In this document: positions 50,101-58,676 of the stretch, one piece after another
How positions within the stretch are numbered: the stretch's first letter is position 1
Layout of the letters: every line of letters begins with the position of its first letter
DNA from: Acidobacteriota bacterium
Lineage (GTDB): Bacteria > Acidobacteriota > Blastocatellia > RBC074
Length of the DNA stretch: 64,000 nucleotides
Direction: 5' to 3'
Assembly (NCBI GenBank): GCA_033763255.1
Contig: JANRKX010000046.1
Coordinates: 166,471 to 230,470 of the forward strand
The notes under the pieces: model-generated
Databases searched by the model: none
Told to the model about the DNA's origin: nothing
What the model saw: the letters and a program-made list of their open reading frames with translations, nothing else
Position numbers and translations under genes: made by a program

Positions 50101-52758
50101 GCGACGTTTACCTGCGCGCCGCCGACCGGCGTCAATCCGAGCAATAATCCGCAAGGCAATGGCGGTTCTCTGGTTTGCACGGCTCCGCTATTGTCGGCCA
50201 ACGCACCTAATAACATTGCAGCAATTGATGTCACAGTTTTCATTGACCCGGCGACGAAAGCCAATCTGGTGGACACGGCGACGTTTGACGCCACCATCAA
50301 CAACATCAATCGTCCGGTTTCCGGTTCGACGACGTTGACCACGCCTGTGGCTGCGACTTCCGATCTGGCGCTGACCAAAACGCACACCAATTCCGCCGGA
50401 GTTGTTGGCGGTCCGGTGACAGCCGGAACCAGCGGCAATTTGTACAACGTCACAGTCACCAACAATGGGCCGAGCGCCGCGCAGATGTTCAATCTGGTGG
50501 ACACGCTGCCGCCTTTCCAGAAAATCACCAACATCCAGGTTGGGCGATTGGATGGTAATGGCAATTTCGTGACGCCGAATGCCAAAGACGGAAATGGCAA
50601 TCCGAACGTCATCTGCACGGCGGTTCCGCCAGTTGGTTCTCCGGGCAATACCACAAGCGTGACATGCACGGCTGCGGAATTGCCGCCGAACAAGAATCCT
50701 GATGGAACGGTCAATCCGGCAGGCACGTTCATTGTTCGCCTGACCTTCACGCAAGATGCGTTTACGCCGCAACCGATTCCGATTTCATATCAGAATTGTG
50801 TGACGGCGACCTCGATGTCCACAGACCCTGTTCCGGGGAACAACACCAATATCTGCGACACGGTTCCGGTCGCTTTTGCGGCTGATTTATCGGGAACGAA
50901 GACGGCGGAACCTGACCCGGTGATTGCTGGCAACCTGTTGACGTATACCATCACGGCCAACAACGCCGGGCCAAGCGCGGCTTTCAATCTGATGATTACT
51001 GATCCGCTGCCTGTTGGGACGGTGTTTATCTCGGCAGTGGCTTCGGCTGGGGCGACTTTGATGACGCCTGCTGTGAACGCCAATGGCATTGTCAAAGCTA
51101 CCTGGGATGCGGCTGGCGGCACGGCGGGCGGTTTGACCGGGCCGGGCGTCGTTCGCACGCTGACCATCGTTGTTCGCGTTTGTCCGGACTTCCAGCAGAT
51201 TCGCAACCTGACGGATGCTCAAATGTGCGTGCCGAACATGTTGAACACGGCAACGATCAGTTCGGATACGACCGATCCGAATCCGAATAACAACACGGCG
51301 TCGTTCACTTCGACGGTGCAGGCGCAATCCGATCTTTCGATCAGCAAAACGGTCGCGCCGAATCCAGCGCCTTACAGCACGACGGGCACGCCCTCGAACG
51401 TTACTTACACGTTGACGTTTGCGAATGCCGGCCCGTCCAATGCCAATGGCGTGACGATTGTGGACGTGTTGCCGAAAGGTTTCACCGTTGTTGGAACACC
51501 GACTTCGACAGTTCCGGGAACGACGTTCACCATCACGACGGCGGGAACAGACATTACGACCGTTGTCGCCAATCTGGGAGTTTTGGGCGCGGCGAATCAA
51601 TGCCAGTTCACGCGACCGATCAGCGGCACAGTCACGATCGTGGCGCGCGTGCCGATCAAACATCCGACAATTACCGTGACCAACACGGCGACGATTGCTT
51701 CGACCAACTGCCTGCCCGAAACTGGCACGCTGGCGGTGCAGACCAATCCGTTGTCGGGCGAACCGGCGATCATCACGCCGGGCACGGGAATGTTGGCCAA
51801 CAACCGCGCCTTTGCCGATCTGCGAGTCATTCCGCCGACAACGACTCCGGGCGGTGCGTTCCCTGCATTGTCCGAAGCCAGCGATCAGAAAGAAGGCTCC
51901 GTGCTGTTCTATCCGATCTACACTTCGGACGCGACCAACTCCAACTCGCAAAACACGCGCCTGAATATCACCAACACATCAGGAACCGAAAAAGTCACCG
52001 TTCACCTGTTCGCGGTGGATGGCGCGAGTTGTGCCGTGCTGGACGCTTTCCTGTGCCTGACGCCGAATCAGACGTCCTCGTTCCTGGCTTCGGACTTCGA
52101 TCCGGGCAACACGGGCTACCTGATTGCGGTCGCGGTGGATGACAACAATGGAATTCCGCGTGCCTTCAACGAATTGATCGGCGATGAGTACGTCAAATTC
52201 TCTTCGGGGCATCAAGCCAATCTGTCTGCGGTGGCGATTGCTTCATCAATGATTTTCCCGGCGGGTCCGAACCCGAATGTGACGACTGCGACGTTGCGAT
52301 TCGACGGTATGAATTACAACCGACTGCCGCGCATTCTGGTTGCCGACAGTATCGGTAGTCGTGCCGAAGGCAATTCGACCATGTTGGTCGTCAATCGCAT
52401 CGGCGGTGACATGACCACATCGGGCGCATTGATCGGCAACCTCAACGGCCAGTTGTACGATGATGCCGAAAACTCGTTCAGCTTCACGGCGAACGTGGCC
52501 TCGTGCCAGTTGCGTCGTTTGCTGGACAACACTTTCCCGCGTACTTTCACGCCGTTTGATCGAGTGCTTCCGGCTGGTCGCACAGGTTGGATGAAGTTCT
52601 GGACGGTCAACGACACTGCATTGTTGGGCGCACAGATCAATTTCAATCCGAATGCGAGTTCGTCCGCAGGCGCATTCAATCAGGGACACAACCTGCATCA
52701 TCTGACGCTGACCGATGCAGTGACACTGGTGATTCCTGTGTTCATTCCGTCCTGTTAA
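47170..52758 (+). CDS. Large secreted DUF11 (conserved repeat, Ig-like) protein with conserved ~300-aa C-terminal domain
   Basis: Repeated ADLxxxK...YTxTVTNNGPxxA...DxLP...N units; C-terminus SDQKEGSVL...FNQGHNLHHLTL...IPSC; ATG 47170 with GGAG. Confidence 0.9.
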   Translation: MRTTHTLKKHLRRALLAAFAFVLLTALSFAFTPLSAVMAKLGVSKPVKQLLMASERQIPTKLPVKEEAKQLVANPVAVSNAAGATATMFDAPITKIASPPNGTAVSGGQLITYTVTVTNDAAVDETFGTNLLRVRDVIPTNTTYEPGTVAILQQPGNGSSAWTCSFDGGNNRIECLTAAGGILREFAVFKFEFKVRVNSSATGAIVSNQAQFFNEQQSGVGVATNSSNTTNHPVAQADLGITKATSNANPVNGGAAFSYTLTVTNNGPGAAFGVVVTDPMPAGIVFQNVSVVNSNVGGLGLTCSGPPVGTNGVVSCTGNFPAPSPAIPTSVITIVAQAAANQAGGNRTNTATVSSNTQEPTPNAFPNSASVGQVLQVNAPLSISKTGPASVCTGDTFTYQISLNNGGQSTAINATISDPLPANTTFVSMNGTGPFANGCSHNGGIPGTVTCSAIDVPSGLHTLNLTVKLNANAPFGTLQNTATILTAGTGTIAVGSSTVTTGVNHCADLAVSKTAPGSVVAGSTVDYLIKVTNNGPSPINGGANPGVITIMDTLPAQVLTLISARAGTGEAGGFTCTPAGPLTPAGGVKITCVNAAGAAGDFPAGAMTTIVLKVVIGSNATPGTNIENCAMISAPSAGPITNPGGQFDLNTSNNTSCASSVVTSSADLATSKSALPVVDPDGAGPLPPVALPVVGPNVPPGSVNAGGYIRYDLPFGNNGPSDAINVMLSDQIPGNTAFVGALATGGVFVPAAQPPAIPFSFTIQAADGVAPLGPNVNLTCTVNGAPGSQAIYCRPQGNTGLTPSYADGTLPAGYTGQLTFFVKVNESVAGGTIVSNPANIASGLCPNANVPIFPPVVCGGTDDPNTSNNTTLPTQTVVIASSNLSISKIVQSAVTSASNPNQTGPLGPATPPNGTITTGTAVLPGTFLTYRITLTNNGPSDVSNIRLTDVLPSGLETPPGRVLGVKYVSVTPVLPSGATFTCAPPTGVNPSNNPQGNGGSLVCTAPLLSANAPNNIAAIDVTVFIDPATKANLVDTATFDATINNINRPVSGSTTLTTPVAATSDLALTKTHTNSAGVVGGPVTAGTSGNLYNVTVTNNGPSAAQMFNLVDTLPPFQKITNIQVGRLDGNGNFVTPNAKDGNGNPNVICTAVPPVGSPGNTTSVTCTAAELPPNKNPDGTVNPAGTFIVRLTFTQDAFTPQPIPISYQNCVTATSMSTDPVPGNNTNICDTVPVAFAADLSGTKTAEPDPVIAGNLLTYTITANNAGPSAAFNLMITDPLPVGTVFISAVASAGATLMTPAVNANGIVKATWDAAGGTAGGLTGPGVVRTLTIVVRVCPDFQQIRNLTDAQMCVPNMLNTATISSDTTDPNPNNNTASFTSTVQAQSDLSISKTVAPNPAPYSTTGTPSNVTYTLTFANAGPSNANGVTIVDVLPKGFTVVGTPTSTVPGTTFTITTAGTDITTVVANLGVLGAANQCQFTRPISGTVTIVARVPIKHPTITVTNTATIASTNCLPETGTLAVQTNPLSGEPAIITPGTGMLANNRAFADLRVIPPTTTPGGAFPALSEASDQKEGSVLFYPIYTSDATNSNSQNTRLNITNTSGTEKVTVHLFAVDGASCAVLDAFLCLTPNQTSSFLASDFDPGNTGYLIAVAVDDNNGIPRAFNELIGDEYVKFSSGHQANLSAVAIASSMIFPAGPNPNVTTATLRFDGMNYNRLPRILVADSIGSRAEGNSTMLVVNRIGGDMTTSGALIGNLNGQLYDDAENSFSFTANVASCQLRRLLDNTFPRTFTPFDRVLPAGRTGWMKFWTVNDTALLGAQINFNPNASSSAGAFNQGHNLHHLTLTDAVTLVIPVFIPSC

Positions 52759-52830
52759 TCATCGCAGGTCAGGTTGGAAAACCTGACCTGCCTTTCTGGC
52801 GCTACGGAGATTTCTGTGGAGGCCAAACGC

Positions 52831-52880
52831 AAAAAACAAAGGAGCAAAGATTCAGAGGAATCTTTGCTCCTTTGTTTTTT
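52831..52880. terminator. Bidirectional intrinsic terminator
   Basis: aaaaaacaaaggagcaaagattc-agag-gaatctttgctcctttgtttttt between convergent operons. Confidence 0.88.
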
Positions 52881-52930
52881 GAAAAGCTATTCGCCTACAC
52901 AAATCACTTAGGCTACTGATTCGATCGGCG

Positions 52931-54379
<1,449 letters not shown>

Positions 54380-54402
54380 TTCAAGTTTCTCCTCTTGAAG
54401 TT

Positions 54403-54466
54403 CGTTTGTAGTTCCGCCTTTAGGCGGTTGCGCGGCTTCAGCCGCCTAAAGGCGGAACTACAAACG
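54403..54466. repeat. GTAG-type REP doublet
   Basis: cgtttgtagttccgcctttaggcgg ... ccgcctaaaggcggaactacaaacg. Confidence 0.85.
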
Positions 54467-54471
54467 CGCGT

Positions 54472-54894
54472 TTATAAAATTATTTCTTCTTCGTCGAACT
54501 GCGAACGGTCTTCGCGCACAGTCCAGGCGCGGACTTCTTCGGCTTTACCATCGCGGACGGAAACAATCACATAAGACCATTCGATGAACGGCGCGTGATC
54601 CAGGTCAAATCCCGAAGGCACAGCCGGATGATTCGGGTGCGAATGGTAATAACCCCACACGCCCAAATCGCGTTTGGCGGCTTCGCGTTCGGCTTTGGCG
54701 TAATCCAGCGGACTGATTTCGACGCGATTGTGGCGCGAATCTTTGCGGATGTTTTCCAGCGGCAGGACTTCGCGGATGACGCGCACGTCGTTTTCCATCA
54801 CGCCAAGCAGCAAGCCGCCGCATTCTTCAGGGAAGGTTCGTTCGCCGTGCTCACGAATTGTTTTCAGGTGTTCTTCGGTTAGTTGTACGCTCAT
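54472..54894 (-). CDS. JAMM/Mov34 (M67) metalloprotease, Mec-like
   Basis: PEECGG and YYHSHPNHPAVPSGFD motifs. Confidence 0.92.
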   Translation of the reverse strand: MSVQLTEEHLKTIREHGERTFPEECGGLLLGVMENDVRVIREVLPLENIRKDSRHNRVEISPLDYAKAEREAAKRDLGVWGYYHSHPNHPAVPSGFDLDHAPFIEWSYVIVSVRDGKAEEVRAWTVREDRSQFDEEEIIL

Positions 54895-55805
54895 TCTTCT
54901 GTCCAGAATTTATCGCTCAAGTAACGACTGCCGCCATCACACAAAATTGTAACAATCACGCCGCTTTCAATCTGTGAGGCAACTTGCAATGCCGCGACGA
55001 TGTTGGCCGCTGCCGAAACGCCTACGAACCAGCCTTCGCGTTTGGCCAGTTGGCGAACCATCGCGTGAGCCTCTTCGGTTTGAATTTCCATCTCTTCATC
55101 GGCCAGCGTCGGGTCGTAAATGCCCGGCACGATGGCCGTGGGCATGTGCTTCATGCCTTCCAGACCGTGATACGGCGAATCCGGCTGCATGGAAATCAAC
55201 CGCACCGACGGTTTCAATTCGCGCAGGCGGCGGCTGACTCCGACAAAAGTTCCGCTGGTTCCCAATCCCGCGACAAAGTGAGTGATGCGTCCGCCGGTTT
55301 GCTCGAAAATTTCTGGCGCAGTGGTTTCGTAATGCGAACGCCAGTTGGCCGTGTTGTTGTATTGATCCAGATAAACGTATTTATCCGGGTGTTCGGCCAC
55401 GCGACGACGGACTTCGATGATTGCGCCGTCGGTTCCCGCCATCGGATCGGTCAAGACCACGTGCGCGCCAAAAGCCTGCAAGATGCGTTTGCGTTCGGCG
55501 CTGGCATTTTGCGGCAAACACAATTCGACTTTGTAACCCAGCGCCGCGCCGAGCATCGCGTAAGCGATTCCCGTATTGCCGCTGGTGGCGTCAATGATGG
55601 TTTTGTCTTTGGTCAGCCAGCCGGATGCTTCTGCCTGCCGAATCATCTTCAACGCCGGACGATCTTTGACCGAACCGCCAGGATTCGCCCATTCGGCTTT
55701 GGCGTAAATTTCAACCCTTGGATTGGGATTGAGATTCGTCAGCCTGAGCAGTGGGGTGTTGCCAATGAGTTCAGCCAACGAGGAAGTAGCGACAACAGTA
55801 GGCAT
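54891..55805 (-). CDS. cysM: PLP-dependent cysteine synthase (CysM-like)
   Basis: IGNTPL, NPGGSVKDR, ATSGNTGIA, GLGTSGT; ATGA overlap with the JAMM gene. Confidence 0.9.
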   Translation of the reverse strand: MPTVVATSSLAELIGNTPLLRLTNLNPNPRVEIYAKAEWANPGGSVKDRPALKMIRQAEASGWLTKDKTIIDATSGNTGIAYAMLGAALGYKVELCLPQNASAERKRILQAFGAHVVLTDPMAGTDGAIIEVRRRVAEHPDKYVYLDQYNNTANWRSHYETTAPEIFEQTGGRITHFVAGLGTSGTFVGVSRRLRELKPSVRLISMQPDSPYHGLEGMKHMPTAIVPGIYDPTLADEEMEIQTEEAHAMVRQLAKREGWFVGVSAAANIVAALQVASQIESGVIVTILCDGGSRYLSDKFWTEE

Positions 55806-55852
55806 AGAAACAGCAACAATAAAAATTGGTGATTTTGAAATGGCGGCGGGAA

Positions 55853-55963
55853 TTTGGAGTGCGGCGATTTGTCGCCGCTTTGGCGTTCATTGCCGAGCGT
55901 TTCAAGGTCCGGCAAATGTATCCGCAGCCAATGCCAAAGCTGCGTCAAGCCGCAGCACTCCAA
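55853..55963. repeat. REP-like pair (same family as 29469-29580)
   Basis: tttggagtgcggcgatttgtcgccgctttggc ... gccaaagctgcgtcaagccgcagcactccaaa. Confidence 0.8.
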
Positions 55964-55972
55964 AAGCGCGCT

Positions 55973-56608
55973 TTATTTGCCGGGTTGCGGCACGATTCGC
56001 AGATATGGTTTCAGGGTCTTCCATCCGCCTGGGAATTTTTCTTTGGCGGCTTCGTCAGAAACAGCCGGAACGATGATGACATCATCGCCGTCTTTCCAAT
56101 TGACCGGAGTCGCCACGCTGTATTTCGCCGTCAGTTGCAACGAATCAATCACACGCAAAATTTCAGGGAAGTTACGACCGGTGCTGGCCGGATAAGTCAG
56201 CGTCAATTTCACTTTCTTGTCCGGGCCGATGACAAAAACCGAACGCACGGTGAAAGTGTCGTTGGCGTTCGGATGAATCATTTCGTACAGGTCAGAAACT
56301 TTCTTGTCGGCGTCGGCAATGACCGGGAAGTTCAAGGCGTGACCTTGAGTTTCCTTGATGTCTTCAGCCCATTTGTTGTGCGAATCCGCCGGGTCAACGC
56401 TCAGGCCGATGATCTTGACGTTGCGTTTGTCGAATTCCGGTTTCAGCCGAGAGGCTTCGCCAAGTTCGGTGGTGCAGACAGGAGTAAAATCTTTAGGGTG
56501 AGAAAACAAAACGCCCCAGCTATCGCCGAGCCATTCGTGAAAATTGATTGAGCCTTCGTTGGTTTGCGCTGTGAAATCAGGCGCGGTGTCGCCTAAACGT
56601 ATAGACAT
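55973..56608 (-). CDS. 1-Cys peroxiredoxin (Prx6 family)
   Basis: FSHPKDFTPVCTTELG, YPASTGRNFPE, TPVNW. Confidence 0.95.
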   Translation of the reverse strand: MSIRLGDTAPDFTAQTNEGSINFHEWLGDSWGVLFSHPKDFTPVCTTELGEASRLKPEFDKRNVKIIGLSVDPADSHNKWAEDIKETQGHALNFPVIADADKKVSDLYEMIHPNANDTFTVRSVFVIGPDKKVKLTLTYPASTGRNFPEILRVIDSLQLTAKYSVATPVNWKDGDDVIIVPAVSDEAAKEKFPGGWKTLKPYLRIVPQPGK

Positions 56609-56665
56609 AATCTTCTCCTTTGCAGGTTTTTGAGGTTGTGGAAAAAGTTGAAGACGCCGGGTTGT

Positions 56666-56728
56666 TTACCGGCAACAACAAGAGCAGGTACAAGGACAAC
56701 AGCAGATTGTTTGGCGTGAATGAATCAT
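56666..56728 (-). CDS. Poly-cysteine leader peptide MIHSRQTICCCPCTCSCCCR (putative attenuator)
   Basis: Manual translation, 8 Cys in the last 12 codons; stop lies 57 bp before the peroxiredoxin start. Confidence 0.85.
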   Translation of the reverse strand: MIHSRQTICCCPCTCSCCCR

Positions 56729-56749
56729 TGCGTTGTTGAAAACGGGGGC

Positions 56750-56777
56750 ATCATAGCCCCGCGAATCTTTTTGTCAA
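56750..56777 (-). promoter_or_regulatory. Sigma70-type promoter of the cysteine operon
   Basis: TTGACA (56777-56772), 16-bp spacer, TATGAT (56755-56750). Confidence 0.75.
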
Positions 56778-56916
56778 GATGACAGGCAGACAGGGCTTTG
56801 GCACGCGATAAGCAAAAATGCGCGAAGCGAGAGAAATCTCGCTTCGCGCATTTTTTCAGTTGGGCCGCAAAGGCGTTTTTGCCGAAGCCGGTTTCGGCAA
56901 ATGTGAGGAAGGCTTT

Positions 56917-58620
56917 TCAACGTGCTTCCAGGCTGGAAAACGTCACCCACACTTTTTTGCCATTGATGCTTTGGTTGGTGATACGCACCTTGCCGGAGGC
57001 CACAGCAGTCCGCGTTGCAACGACGCCGCTGAGGTTCCATCGGTAAAATCCTTTCTGGCCTTTGCCCGTGCTGTTGTCCTGGCCGCTGTCCACGGGCAGG
57101 TAAGCCGAAGCCACCAACGTCGAGCCGCGGTAGTAATCCACCTTCAGCGTGCCAGCCCATCCGGTTTCAGAGCGGTAGTTGATGTTTACAAACACGCTCG
57201 ACGGGGTTGGCGCGTTGTAAGCCGGATCAGCGTAATCGGTTTGCCACCAATATGTCGGGCCGGATTCAATTTCGCACTTGAACTCTTCGCCGGCGGTGTT
57301 CAGGTCACGTTTGGGTTCATCGCCGTCAGGGCCACCTGGCCGGTAAGCCTTGCCCGTTTTGTTATCGTAAACACTGGTGGCTTCGAGCATTGAGAGAGCT
57401 TCGAGTGCCGCGCGAAAGTCTGCGCGCACGCTGCCTAATTTGCCAGCGTAATTGTTGTTGATTGCGTCCAGCGTCTGGCCGTATCCAGTGATTTTGCCGC
57501 GCAGCACATTGCGGTCGAGCGCAAGATTCGGAGCCAGCAGCAATGCCGCTTCCCCCGAAATCAACGCGGTCGAAAACGACGTGCCATCCCACCAGGCCCA
57601 TCGGTTGCCCGGAAAGGCGCTGTAAACTCCTGCGCCCGGCGCGGACACGTCAACGCTGAGTCCGTAGTTGGCAAACGAGGCTTTGTAATCGTTCCAGGAA
57701 TTGGTGGCTGTGACTGCAATCGTCGTGTCATCCATTGCCGGGTAATTCACCTGCTCCAGATTGGCATTGCCTGCTGAAGCAACCAACACAACTTTTCGCG
57801 CCTCGGCGTATTCCATCGCGTTTTCAATCAATTCGTCTTCGTCGAGCAGCCCGAAGCTCATATTGATAATGTGGACTCCATAATTTGCGGCGTGGCGAAT
57901 CGCCCTGGCGATGTTGAAGCTTGACCCTCGACCGTCGCTGCCGAAAGCGCGCAATGGCATCACCCGCGCATCAGGCGCTGCCAGCGCAATCAACCCGGCG
58001 ACGAAAGTGCCGTGTCCGCCGCCCGGCCCGGTCAGTTCGTCCATCGGATAAGGATCGTTTGCGGCAAAGTCGTAATACGGGCCAATGATTTTCCCTGTCA
58101 GCAGCGGATGATAAAAATCAATCCCGGTATCAATTACAGCTACTTTCACGCCCGCGCCGCGGCTGATTTGGTGCGCTTCGTTGATGCGTACGCGCAAAGC
58201 CGGTGGCTGGCCGTAAAAGCTCACTGGCGATTGGCCGTCAATGAAAGCAAGGCTGCGTTGGTCAATGAAAGCCAGGCTTCGTTGCCTGACCTCCGGCGAT
58301 TGATGCTCGAAATTGGGCTGGGCTGAAATCAGGTCCGGGTCGGACGCAATCTCATTCAATTTCGACTCGACGTCCGTTCCCACCTGGAGTCCCAGCCGAT
58401 AGGTGGTCGTTCCAGGCAGCGTTTCCAGTGTGAAAGTGCCATTTCGAGCATTGAATTGGTTGATGTTTGCCCCAGTCCTGAGCGTGACGATGATTTCACC
58501 AGGGCGATAATCGTCATTGAAATCGTCCCCACTGGCAATAAACGGCGGCAGAGCCAATGCCAGAATCAGGGTGCAAAAGCAGGTCAGCTTGAAAATTGTG
58601 GGCATTTTTTTTCTTTTCAT
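56917..58620 (-). CDS. Secreted subtilase (S8) with propeptide and C-terminal beta domain
   Basis: Signal peptide; VAVIDTG, HGTFVAG, ASAGN, GTSFST; tandem QRSLAFID at the pro/mature boundary region. Confidence 0.92.
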   Translation of the reverse strand: MKRKKMPTIFKLTCFCTLILALALPPFIASGDDFNDDYRPGEIIVTLRTGANINQFNARNGTFTLETLPGTTTYRLGLQVGTDVESKLNEIASDPDLISAQPNFEHQSPEVRQRSLAFIDQRSLAFIDGQSPVSFYGQPPALRVRINEAHQISRGAGVKVAVIDTGIDFYHPLLTGKIIGPYYDFAANDPYPMDELTGPGGGHGTFVAGLIALAAPDARVMPLRAFGSDGRGSSFNIARAIRHAANYGVHIINMSFGLLDEDELIENAMEYAEARKVVLVASAGNANLEQVNYPAMDDTTIAVTATNSWNDYKASFANYGLSVDVSAPGAGVYSAFPGNRWAWWDGTSFSTALISGEAALLLAPNLALDRNVLRGKITGYGQTLDAINNNYAGKLGSVRADFRAALEALSMLEATSVYDNKTGKAYRPGGPDGDEPKRDLNTAGEEFKCEIESGPTYWWQTDYADPAYNAPTPSSVFVNINYRSETGWAGTLKVDYYRGSTLVASAYLPVDSGQDNSTGKGQKGFYRWNLSGVVATRTAVASGKVRITNQSINGKKVWVTFSSLEAR

Positions 58621-58676
58621 GTTGTCTACTCCGTGAAGTGTTTGTGGTCAGGGGAGTTTGACGACGGGGGCGGTTG

